Assembly: GCA_965649765.1 (NCBI GenBank)
Contig: OZ287748.1
Span: 76,384,001-76,448,000 of the forward strand
DNA from: Bispira polyomma
Taxonomy: Eukaryota
Direction: 5' to 3'
Length of the DNA: 64,000 bases
The notes under the pieces are model-generated. The model was given only the letters and a program-made list of their open reading frames with translations, was not told the DNA's origin and did not search any database. Numbering within the stretch: position 1 is the stretch's first letter; every line of letters starts with the position of its first letter. Position numbers and translations under genes: made by a program. Shown one piece after another: positions 51,901 through 64,000 of this stretch.

Positions 51901-53034
51901 TTAATTACTGGACTCATGAAAATGACTTGTGCCTGGTGTATTTAATGCATTTCCTCTCGCAAATTCCTGTAAATAGTTCTCACAGTTTGTCCATCAAAAC
52001 TGAACTGAAGGAGATGGTGACTGTACCTTGCAATATGCTTCTTTATGCATGATATTTCCGGCTTTTAAAAACAAGGACCTTTGGATAAAGGTAAGGTCAA
52101 ATGTGTTTGGGATATGATAAAGCAAAGAATATCCTTGTCTTTTTGGGTATTACAATTAATTAGTATAAATATAACCCAGTAAAATGTCAATTTGTTTTGT
52201 GTGAATCAGAATTTGAAACGGCTAAAAATAAGGAGCTGTTCATACTAACTGGTCTAGAATTAATGTGACTGAATTCGTAATTTATGTTTTCCTCCAACAA
52301 GGGATCTAACTCTAACATTATCATGCAGCAATGATCTTTATTAATGGGATGGAATATTCATAAGCAGCGAAAACATCCTTCTCAATATCGAAGACCTTCA
52401 TGTCTGAAGTTTGCTACCTCTGACAAGGTGAGTTATGATCTCTCCTGGTGTCCAATAGTTTGTTTTGTCCCCAGGACTACACAATAACTCCTAAAACCAT
52501 TTACATGAAATTTTTTGGAGGGATAGCATCATAATAGAATCCAGTAAGTGTTAGCCAGGGTGAATCATGGAGGTATTAGTATGCACGTTTCTTCTAGTAT
52601 ACATAAACACCATCGCTAATGGTAAAAACTAGTGGTGATCTTTTGATTAAAAAAGCATCCTTTGACTTGTTGTGTTTTCTATTCTATTTGGAATATTGTA
52701 ACATAGAATCTCTATTTAGTAGATATAAATATAAAAAATAGACCATTTGGTAGAGTGTATATCGTCTCCATGGTGCCAAATTCATCACCCAATTCATTCA
52801 CAGGATAATGAAAAAAACACAAACCTTCTTGGCACAGGTACAAAACTTGGAAGTTTTATGTTCACCTTTTGAATGGCCTTACACTCCTTTCACTTCACCA
52901 CAAATCATTTTCAAATTGCATTTGTCACCACGTTTATTCAGATTATATAGTTTAATATAAATTGCCATAAAAGCTCATGTTTTTCAGAACAAGGGGACGC
53001 ATCAGCCCACTTAGACTGTTGTATTCAGTGTGTC

Positions 53035-56000
53035 GGGTAGCCCCGAAAAGGGCTAGTAGGGTCAAAGTATCAATATCGAAGCATCTGTGCTTATATTTAT
53101 ATAGAGAATGGCACCAAGAAAAACCTTTTAACTGTAATGCCTGTGGTTCTAACCACAAAAGGCCAGTGGATGAAAAATGTAAACAAGTGCGTCAGTATAC
53201 TGACAATATAGACCAAGAAAGTGTGGTTTTGGACAGTTCCAATGAACTCCCTGCAGCAGCAATAAACTTAAAGATTCAAACAGAGTTAAAGGACTTAGGT
53301 AGTAGAATGGCACGTATGGAAGAGCGGGTGGAAGTATCTGATGGACAGTCAAAAAGTCAGTTACCCATTAGTGGCATGCAGGTCACAAGTGTTCCTACTA
53401 CTCATAGACCGATTAGCTCGGCAGTCCCAGCGGTTTCAAGCCAACAGGCGACCAGTAGAAGAACAAATGCAAAACACTGAAACAAGAATGCAGTGCCCAC
53501 AAGCAAAATTAAAAACATCACCACACTCTTTGGTGAGATGGACATAAATAAATCTGTTGGGAAAAAATTTTGTGATAGAATTGTACATAGTAAAACAGTG
53601 TATTGTAATGTCAGTCACAACTGGAGAGCAAACTAGGCAAAAGTAAATAAAACTTATGCAGAAGTAGCTAAATTAAAGGGAGATTTGAGCCAAAACCAGA
53701 CTAGGAATACAAGTTGGTCTAAAAAAGTAAACAAAAGTACAAGGGTTGGAAGTACCCCAAGTAAAAACCGAAGTACTATTAGCACAAATGACAAATACGA
53801 GTTAGAATTGCATGTAAAAGCCAGATATAGGGATATAGTAAGCAAAGCGAAAGGCAAGTGTGTATTCCAGAAATGGAAGCAGCAAACTCACGGTAAGTTT
53901 GGTTACATCCCGTCGGGCGAACAAAAAATACCTGTCTATAACAATGCAAATAAACATGGTTTGTCCCCTTTGCAAATGCATAAGAAAATAAAGGCAGTAA
54001 TACTGCTAATTTCTTATCCCGACAGTTACTGGTACAATCAGAACTAAACAATGAGAAATGGAGCGCTTTATTAGACGGATAATGGAATCCTCAGTTGCCC
54101 TATCTACTCCGTTATGGTTTTACCATAAGGCGCAGCAAAATAGAACAAAATATGAAGAACCACCAGTCAGCATGTGAGTATAAACAAGACGTTCAAGCAT
54201 ACTTACAGGAGGAAAGTGACTTTGGTGTGATATTAGGCCCTTTTAAGTCACCTCCCATAGATAACCTGCATATTTCACCATTTATGACAAGGGAAAAACC
54301 GGGAGCTCCATACAGGCGGGTAATCTTAGATTTGAGTTTTCCAAAAGGTAAATCAGTCAATGCAGTCATACATAAATACCAGTACCTTGACTGGGAATTT
54401 CTTTTAACACTCCCCTCCATTGATGACATCACCAATGAAATTGTTAAAATAGGCAAAGGTGCTTTAATCTCTAAAACAGAAATTAGTTGTGCATTCAGAC
54501 AAGTGAAACTAGATCCTCGTGACTATGATTTATTGGGCCTTAGGCTAGATGATTATTACGTAGATACGTGCCTGCCTTTTGGCTACAGGCACAGAAGCAT
54601 GTTATTTCAACGACTGAGTGACGCAGTAAGATACATCATGCGTCAATGTGGTTTTAACGTGATAAATTATATCGATGACATTATTGGTTTCGGTGACGCA
54701 AGCTACGTCGACGAATCTGATACGGTACTTCACCAACTCCTTAGCGACTTAGGTTCCACTATCGGTAACAAAAAGCAGGTAGATTCCAGTACTAAAGTAA
54801 CCTGTTTAGATGTGTTAATAGACACTAATGCATTTACATTAGAAGTTCCCCCTGAAAAGCTAACCCAAACCACCAACATATGTAAAACTTATGCAAACAA
54901 AAGCAGCTGTAGTAAAAGGGAACTGCAGTCACTTCTAGGATCGTTGCTTTATGTGTCAAAATGTGTGTGAGTAACCAGGGTCTTCCTACATAGAATGTTG
55001 GAGGTACTACGTAATGCTCAAGACAACAGAATAATCCAGTTACAGCTTCCTTTCATTCAAGACCTTAATTGGTTTATTACATTGATGGGCAAGTTTAATG
55101 ACAAAGCATTCTTTGACTAATCACATTGAAATATATGCCTGCCTCTCAGGCCTGGGTAGTTGTTGCAACAACATGGTATACACAAAGATACTCCCCTTAG
55201 GTTACTTAGATTTCACAATCGTGCACCTAGAAATGCTAAACATATTAGTAGCTATCAGATTGCGGAAGCAAATGTGGAAAGGTAAAAAGCTAGTAGTTCA
55301 TTGTGAAAACCAGGCAGTAGTTACCATCCTCATTTCAGGTAAAACAAAAGACTTGACCCTGGCGGCTATAGCACGTAATATATTTATGGAAGTGGCTACA
55401 GCCACATAAACATAAGGCCAGTACATATTTTAGGAAAACTAAACGTGGTGGCTGATCTGCTGTCTAGGTGGCATAAGACCAAAGATCCAGATAAGTCACT
55501 AAAAGAAATTATTCCCAACCCACATTGGGTAGAAATATCAGACGAAAGTCTGCTCATTGACTGAAATATTTAATCTGTTTCAGGTTTTTGCCCACTGGTG
55601 TTATCACTGGCAGGGAAAGCACCATATACAGCTCACCACGCATTCAGGCCGGGTACACAAACGGCTTATAAAAATATGTTCAGGGTCTTTATAGCTTATT
55701 GCGAATTTGTAGTGGTATACCACTTTTTAGCAGCCATCAAGACGAAGATGGGCTTATATGGGCTGAATACTGCAGCTTTCAGTGACACAAGACTTAAATA
55801 TTTTCAGAAAGCTTTAACCCTGCAAAAACCTTTCACAGTAAAAATCAACAAAATCATGGATATACCCCTTCTTCTTCAAATAACACAAACATGTGATTCA
55901 ATGTTTATGGGCCAGGTATTCAAGTCAGCTTACCTGCTGGCCTTTTCTTTTTCCTTCGCATATTCACCACATTTTCACCCCTAGAACAGTTAGCCAGGTT

Positions 56001-56361
56001 TGAACATTGTAATCAAATGGCCTAAAACCCTTCAGAATAGGGATTTAGTGCGTATTATTAAAGTGCCAAAAATAAGTAATTCACCCTTGTGCCCATTAGG
56101 AGCTATCACAAATCTTCTAAGGTGACCTTAAACCCTCTTTTCAATACTAAAGGCACCTCAATTTAAGGTGACCTCAACTTTTCTAGAAAAACGGGTCACC
56201 TTAATTGGGGGAACCTTAAACATGAGGGTGGCTTTAGTTTTTCTAGTTTATATATAATGTAGCAATTAACATAGATTAATACTAATATGCCAAGCTCTGT
56301 GCTTTCATTATATATATTTATATCATCTCTCCAAGGTCACACAAGGGCACTTTTGGGTGTC
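53035..56361 (+). mobile_element. YR retrotransposon E4, distinct family, internally deleted; in unit U4
   Basis: gag (MAPRKxFNCNACGSNHKRPVDEKC), RT ORF 54095-54970 (RRVILDLSFP, LPFG, NYIDD), RNase H 55098-55560, YR N-half 55584-56117. 5-bp GTGTC at both junctions; flanks match the empty site at ~38415-38450. Confidence 0.9.
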
Positions 56362-59300
56362 ATGTTATAATCTTAAGCTCAGTCCAACTTGAGCAGAGCT
56401 TTAAGATTATTGGCACTAAGATATTTATATTTGACCCTTTGATACACACTCTCTAAAAGACACTCTTGCAAAACTAACGTGAAACCCATGGCAATTTAAG
56501 ATTCCATCATCATTCTTTTTCCTGGACTTGTTGCTAGTGTGTCAAGTATGTGTTATTCTACTTCTAATTTTATAACTGACTTTTGTAAGTTTGTGGCTAC
56601 CCGTCATTGTTTGTCTTTTTGATAATTTGTTTATGTTGTTTTAGAATGTGGACATATAATTTTTTATTTTGATGATGTGCCATTGGATCAACTAATAGAG
56701 AGATTAAGCGCTAAGTTACTTGATTCTCTAACCTGCAGATTATTCCCCTTAGCCCAAAAGGTTGATTTTGCCCCAATACTAAACTGATTGTGTAAAACTT
56801 AAAGTCGGCGTGGGGCATGGTACAAGCTGACTTTTCACTTTTTGTTGCACCTTGGTTGATGGTGGCTTCATTTTTTATTTTATTTATTTAAAAAAAAATT
56901 CTTGTTTCAACATGTAATGTAATGTAACATGTTGATGTTATCAATAAGTAAAGGAAAAATAAATACATTCTCATACTGAGCCAGCTACCGGTTTTGCAAA
57001 TGCTATGATTATAGTATACTACATTACTGCAATATATTCTCACTCAAATTTTAAAAATTTCTGCATAGTGTAAGTAAGATTGACATTATATTTCTCCTAA
57101 CATTTGAAATGGTTGTCTCTCACATTTCACATTTTATATTACTTTTTTCTATCCTCATACAAAAGTGGTAAACATAAATTTTTGGCAATGAGTGAAGTGC
57201 AGCGTGGCTACCTGCCTTTAACTCAAACTCTGGAAAACAGGAGTTTGTTTAAAATCACCAACAGGGGTTTATCCAAAAAGACGCAATCAATACTCTTAAT
57301 GTTGTTTATTTATTTTCAGGAAAAATATGAAATAAAAAAGTTTTTTTGTTAAGGTATGCTAAATAAGTGTTTACATATATATTTTAGTAGCATATATTTT
57401 CCTGAAGAACTAAAAGATCCATATATAACCCTATTGTGATAGTATTGTATATATTTTATGCAGTAGATAGTAATATATTATCATGATAAACTAGTGTAAA
57501 AGCAGAGAAGGTTGAGGGTGCCAGACAATAAATCTATATAAAACATATTATTCTAGGCATCAATCTTTTCTCTTGTTATTGTCAATATATGTTACTTGAG
57601 CCTTTGTAGGACTAAAATTTTGAGCTTCTTTTAAATTAGCTGTTTTAAAAATACACAAACACGTCTAAAACCATTTTTCAGATGCTTTAACTTGTCAATG
57701 AACAATAGATCAGGAGATATTAGTTTAACCTAAATTATTCAGCTATATAATTCATGTGTTTCTTTAAGTGTTATAATTTCACCTCAAACTTTTTAATTAA
57801 TACTTGAATTTTTTTTTAATATTAGGTCAAACTTTTAAGTGATTACTGTATCTATCTTTGTAACTTATTTGATGTCTGTAATGGAATTCCTTTTAGGGAA
57901 ACTATAGCAAAATGAAATGTCGAAACATCCCACCCATTGTGGGTTTTCACAATAAAAGACACTTAGAATCAGTTAGCCATACATCCGTAATTACTGTTAG
58001 TGATTAGAAGGCAAACATATCTTTCTGTGGACATATGTCTGAAAGGTAGACCTCTTAGTTAATCGTTTTCTAATGCCCTTTTATAGGCAAAATACCATTG
58101 TACAGTTTTTATTAACAACATTAAAAAGCTATGAAATGTGTTTAATGTCAAAATTGACTCAAATATATTTTGAAAATTATCATCTTTATTCGGCTCTGCC
58201 GCTTAGGCTGAAACCACAATTATGAAATGACGATGTGGCTGTAGGTAATTATATACATACTGGACATCTGCACCCTCACATACACTATGTAGTAGTTTAA
58301 GTAGTCTTGGAAGTAACTGACAAAGGCATTGACACATTCATTGATAGAGTATAGTTGTTATCGAAAACAATCTTTAATAACCTTTTTTATTACCATGAAA
58401 AAAATGATATATTATAAATATGTATATCAGTAAATAATTTATGCAAATAATGATAGTTTCAAGAACATGCACAATTACAAAATTACACTTTTTTGCTTCA
58501 TTTTATTCCATAATTTTGGAAAATTTGAATAAAATCCATTATATTTGTAGTGAAAGGAAATCTTGCTGTCCTTGTTAAAACCGTGAGAGAGCTAATTAAT
58601 CAACCAAAAAAATTCACCACAGGAAATAAACGTTATTCAGTAACTAAAACTATAATAAAAGTAAAACCATACTAGGAACATTGACTTTATGCCAGTGTAA
58701 GCATGAAATAAAACACATTGCTATAGACTTAGTTCAGCTTTCTTTTTCCTTTATGTCAAAAATTAAATTGCTAAAAGTGTAATTACAGCATCTATTGGGT
58801 GCCATAACAGCAACAAAGTTGTGTTATAAAAAGGGGGATCATCAAGTGTTCCATCGCCCTATCCACTGCTTTATCTACTAAATACTGCTTGTATATGAGG
58901 ATCATCAGGGATGCACCATTATTTCAAATGTTAGGCATGACACTAGTGTTCATAAAAATATATTAAGCCTTTTGCTTGTGCAGCTTTTTTATGGAAATAA
59001 ACATTCCAAACAAAGAATGATGAATCATCTATTAACCTGCTATTGTTATTATTTCTTTGCAGTTTCTCTTCTGAATTCATGGTAACTCCTGCTGTAAACT
59101 TAATCACTTTGAAGCATGTTTACTCAAGGGTAGAAATAAAAACAATTAGTGAACATAAGAAAAGACTCTTTTGCAATAACAACTAATATACAAATGTGTA
59201 CATTTGTTCTATCTGTTTTCATCGAGAGCTATATTTGTATATAGTTGTAAATATTTACCAGATTTTGATTACAAATCTTGAGTATTCCATCAGATATTGG

Positions 59301-60161
59301 TAACAGCAGGAAATGATCGCTCAACCCAAAACAGCAAAAATGCTGTACCTCATCAATATAAAGCACACCAAGGAAGGTATTTAATGTCAAAACGTTTGTA
59401 AACCCCTTGGGGTTATCGTCATTACAACTGATGATGGACAGATGGCCATAAAGAATGACTGGATAACAATAACTCCAAGTTGAGATTCCTTGGCAAATGG
59501 AATGAAGCCGAGTGCTCTATAGGTTGTACACTCAGACCAGCGATCTGGACTTCTGTGTGTAAGTTTTGAGAATAACCTGACAACCTATTTGTCAACTGTC
59601 AGATTTTCTGATACTTACAAGTGGTTGGCCTTGCTTAGGGCAATGGTCTGTGAGACTTATTATAGGTAATGTGTAAAAGTATGTACTTAGATGTAGCACT
59701 AGACACTTGAATATCACACACATAGACAAAGTGTAATATATTGTGATGATGTGGTTGTTGTTTATATAGAATAGTGAGCTTTGTGGCTACATAAATATCT
59801 ATCAATTAAACTCTCTCTTACAATTACTGAACAACTAATTTCACAACCACAAATATGGAGCAGTTACAAATTTGAATTGTATCAACAGCTTGTACAAGTT
59901 TACAGGATAACAGTATTCTGGTAATATCCTGGTTTTACTACACAAGTATACAAAGCTCATTTCTACACTTAATGCTCATATATTTATTTCTTGAAACATG
60001 AAAAATTGATTTTACTAACTGCCATGCATGATTTAGAAGAATATGCCTTCTCGACTTAAGGTGGTCTTACACTGGCCTGCATATATACTTAAGTTGTTAA
60101 GATTGCATTAAATACACCATATAATTAGTTATGCTAAGCTTACGATATTTAACATCGTAAT

Positions 60162-60503
60162 TAATACATACAATTACCCATTGTAATATGTATGTACTTT
60201 TTAGTATTTAGTTCTATCTTTCTATTGGTTTAGATAAGATTTAGAAACCTTAAGCACAATTTCAAAACAAAAGAAGTTCAACCAGTACATCTATTATTCT
60301 TTACTTTTTTAGAAACAGAGCTGCAGTTATTTTAATACATACAATTACCCATTGTAATATGTATGTACTTTTTAGTATTTAGTTCTATCTTTCTATTGGT
60401 TTAGATAAGATTTAGAAACCTTAAGCACAATTTCAAAACAAAAGAAGTTCAACCAGTACATCTATTATTCTTTACTTTTTTAGAAACAGAGCTGCAGTTA
60501 TTT
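60162..60503. repeat. Recent 171-bp tandem duplication within U5
   Basis: taatacatacaattaccc starts at 60162 and 60333; the two copies appear identical. Confidence 0.9.
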
Positions 60504-62234
60504 TTGTAATGTGCCATGGGTTTCAAAGCAAATGCATTAATTTATGGAAATGACTTGTCTATGGCGTATTTTATGCATTTCCTCTCACAAAATCCTGTGA
60601 ATAGTTCTCACAGCTTGCCTATAAAAGCTGAACTGAAGGGGGTGGGACTGTACTTAGCAAACAATATACTCTTTTAACAATGATATTTCCAGGTTTTACA
60701 AACAAGGACCTGTGAATAAAAGTAAGGTCAAATGTGTTTGAAACATTATACAACAAATAATATCCTGTGTCATTTAGGGTATTCCAATAAATTAGTATAA
60801 ATAGAACTAAGTAAAATGTCAATTTGTTTTGCTTGAATTAGGATTTGAAAGGGCTAAAAGTAAGGTGCTATTCATATAGAAAGTACTTTGTGCTCAAGCC
60901 ATGCAGTTTACTAACTAGTCCGGATATATTGTGACTGAATTCTTATTTTATGTTTCCTGCCAACAAGGGATCTAACTCTGACATTATTATGGGGCAATGA
61001 TCTTCATTAATGGAATGGAGTATTTATAAGCAACCAAAATATTCTTCTTAATATCAAAGTCCTTCATGCCTAAGGTTTGTTACCTCTGCCAAGGTGAGTT
61101 ATGTTCTCGCCTTGTGTTAATTAGTTTGTTTGTCCCCAGGACTACACAACAACTCATTAATCTATTTACATGAAATTTTGTAGATAGGATCACGAAAGGA
61201 TCTAGTAAATGTTAACCAGAGTAGAGCAGTAGATCTGGGAAGAGTGGTACTTTGGTATTGGCATGCGTGCTTCTTCTAGTATACATAAACATCATCGCTA
61301 GTGGTGAAACTTTGATTAAGAAAACACCCTTTGATTTTATGTTGTCAATTCTATTTGGTATTATGTAATATATAATGTATTCACCAACAAATAAATAAAT
61401 ACATAGGATATTTGGTAGAGTGCATAACTCCTCCATGTTGCTAAAAACACAAACCCTCTTGGCAGAGGTATAATGCTTAAAAGTGATATTTTCATCTTTT
61501 CCAACGCCTTACACATTTTTTATCCCCAATTTTCAAATTGCATGTATGTGTGTCATTACTTATATGTAGATGGCCATTAAAGCTGTTGATGTTTACAAGT
61601 GTTAGTTGAAGCATCAACCCCCTGTTTTATTCAGAATTGGATATTAGGTTCTGATTTAGACCTCAAACCGTACTTTACTAGAGTTTAAAAACCATTATTG
61701 GCATTGAGGTATATATCAGAGCCTTTGATACAAATTCTCAGGATAACCCTATTTAAAAACGAAAATGAAATTAGAAAGCAATTTAAAATTTCATCATCAT
61801 TCCTTTGCTTGACTTGTTGCTAGTGTGTTAAGTTGTCATACTAATTTTGTAACTACTAGTACGTTTGTGGCTACCCATCATTGTATGTTTTCTTGATAAT
61901 GACCATTTTTACGGTTCTTTGGACTGTTGACATATAACTCTTTATTTGGATGGTGTGCGTTTGAATCCACTAGTAGAGAAATTAAGCGCGTGGTTACCAA
62001 AGTAGTTTATATTGATTGTTTGTATGTAACCTGCAAATAATTAATTACATTAGCAAAAAATGTTGTCCATTTGTTGGTTGGTTTCACCATGTTTACACAA
62101 AAAAAGTGAACCGATTCGTATCAAATTTGATGGAGGCGTGAAATAAATAAGATGAGAAATTTTTTTTATATATTCACACAGCTACGGTGTTGCAAATGTT
62201 TTGATTATAGAAGACTGTGATATATTCCCATTCA

Positions 62235-62505
62235 TTCTTCTTCTGCTGTTTATCGTGTCCACATATTTCGTGTTTCAGCCATAGTTGAACACAGTCTTTA
62301 GCTTTGTTGTTATATTCTGCAAGGTCTTTAGCTTTGCATTGTTGCTCCAGCAGTGGACAGCACAGTAAGTCGTCCAGGTATCCCCATTTTTTGAGTGTCA
62401 TTTTAGAGCGTCCAACACCGGATCTTAGTATATTGAGACATTCCCATTCAGCCCAGTTTGAGTCAGCATCAGGTGGGAGTTCTTCTTTGGCACTTATGGA
62501 CTAAA
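62235..62505 (-). mobile_element. 3' fragment of an RTE/RTEX-like non-LTR retrotransposon
   Basis: Minus strand reads ELPPDADSNWAEWECLNILRSGVGRSKMTLKKWGYLDD..LLCCPLL, matching the C-terminal 'W..LN.LR.G.GR......KWG...HLL.CP' pattern. 3' end ggacacga...agaagaagaa. Absent from the other units. Confidence 0.75.
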
Positions 62506-64000
62506 TTACAGTCTTTACAATGGTTTCCTCTCATATTTCAATTCTAACCTACATTTTTGCTATCTTCATATAAATGTGGTGAAAATTAGTTTGTGGCAAT
62601 GGGTGTAGTGTAACATGGTTAAACTGCCTTTAACTCAAACTTAGTTCAACATTTCATTATTTTTTGTGCTGTTAGAAACATTTCAAATTAATAAGTAACT
62701 TCCCAGGAAAACAAGCGTGGGTTTGATGTCACCCAACAGCTTAAAATGGGTACTTAGTTCATCCAAAAGACTACAATTTAATAAATAACATTGTTGTCAC
62801 AAACAATTTAAAATAGGGTGTTAATTTCATCCAAAAATACTATAACTGAATCAATACCATGAATAGATGTTATTTATTGTTTCAGGAAAAAATCAAAAAG
62901 CTTTTGTTTTAAGATACACTAAAAAAGTGTTTATATATCTATTTTAGTAGCATATCTTACTGGCTTTTCCTGACCAGATAAAAGTTTCATATATAACCCT
63001 TCTCTAATAGTATTGTATTTTTTTGCAGTAGATAGTAATATATTCTGATGATAAACTGATGTAATAACAGAGAAGGGTGTGGGTGCCAGACAATAAATTT
63101 GTATAAAACCTATTATCTTGCGTCCATCTGTCCTCTTCTTATTGTCAATGTATGTTAATGCAGCCTTTATACACAAAGGACCAAAAATTTTGAACTGCTT
63201 TTAAATTAGCTTTTTTAAAAATGTACAAGCACATGTAAAACTATTTCTTAAATTCTTCAACTCGTCAACAGAAAATATGTAGAGATATTAGTTTCATTTT
63301 AATTTTTCAGATATATAATTCCTGTGCTAGTACTTAGGATTTTTTAGTTGAGGTCAAACTTTCAAGTGATTACTGTATTTGTTTTTTTATAACTTTATTT
63401 GATGTCTTAAATGGGATCCTTTTAGCGAAACTGTAGCAACAAGAAATGTCAAAACATCCCACCCATTGTAGGTTTTTACAATAAAAGAAATGTGGAATCA
63501 ATTAGCCATACATCCGTAATTACCGTTAGTGCGTAGAAGACAAATATATCTTTCTTTAGAGCTATGGCTGGAAGTAAGTCCTCTAGCTTGATGGTTTCCT
63601 ATTGCCTTTTTATAGGCAAATTACCTTTGTACACTTGTACTGTGTTTGATGTCAACATTGACTCAAATATATTTGGAAAGTTACCTTTTTATTGGGCTTT
63701 GCAGCTAAGCGTAAACCACAAGTATGAAATGGTGATATGGCTCCAGGCAATTGCATCAATTATCTTGGAATAAAAATAAACTCTCTTATAAATATTTAAA
63801 CTGATTGTAAACTTTGTATGACAACTCTGGGGTAGTAACTAAAATATAGTGCTTTCAGTACTGTGAGCTCAAGCTACAAACTGATATCGCTCCAAAATGT
63901 AGCACATAAATATAATTTACGGCCTATTTGTAGTAAATATGAACTTACTCTTAAATGTGAATATGGTTTGTGAAATTGAGTACATTTCTCCACTGTTAAA

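Larger units (their letters stand above)
25636..64000. repeat. Diverged tandem array (macrosatellite/segmental duplication) of five ~4.7-5.4 kb non-coding units; U1 ~25.6-36.4, U2 ~36.4-41.1, U3 ~41.1-50.95, U4 ~50.95-59.1, U5 ~59.1 kb to end
   Basis: Collinear landmarks recur: gatttagaaacc (~26961, 37294, 43729, 51799, 60238), cccaggacta (~27620, 37844, 44362, 52470, 61135), acagagaagg.tgtgggtgc (~29071, 39714, 49073, 57503, 63067), aggtcaaactt (~34664, 40051, 49355, 57824, 63351), gggtggcttaacagcaac (~36121, 40883, 50668, 58797). Confidence 0.95.

Noticed and set aside
59295-59400. Minus-strand LYIDEVQH as a true AAA+ ATPase Walker B gene
   Set aside because: No Walker A or sustained ORF upstream and the frame is broken in sister copies; mentioned only as a weak hint.

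Overview
AT-rich eukaryotic genomic DNA with GT-AG introns, tRNA-derived SINEs and MITEs, probably from a marine invertebrate (inference). 0.27-2.9 kb holds the last three exons of a C-type lectin domain + kringle gene, followed by a degenerate ~24-bp minisatellite. 8.0-9.8 kb is a long terminal exon encoding an unrecognised ~606-aa low-complexity protein. The window also holds four distinct degenerate tyrosine-recombinase (YR; DIRS/Ngaro-type) retrotransposons, all on the + strand: E1 ~14.1-19.3 kb, E2 29.3-34.6 kb, E3 41.4-43.1 kb and E4 53.0-56.4 kb. A possible fifth 3' remnant lies at 5.6-5.8 kb. From ~25.6 kb to the end there is a diverged tandem array of five ~5-kb non-coding units, into which E2-E4, a long LTR-like element and a LINE fragment inserted independently. 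The main novelty candidates concern the YR elements: (i) a non-coding 3' module of near-palindromic TAAGGTNACCTTA motifs and hairpins, with a compensatory base change between E1 and E2; (ii) a conserved phase-1 splice acceptor in front of the ATG-less YR ORF; (iii) very short termini with a candidate mini-ITR/ICR in place of the canonical long ITRs or split direct repeats; (iv) TGTG/GTGTC junction cores. All alignments and coordinates were done by eye and no database searches were run.
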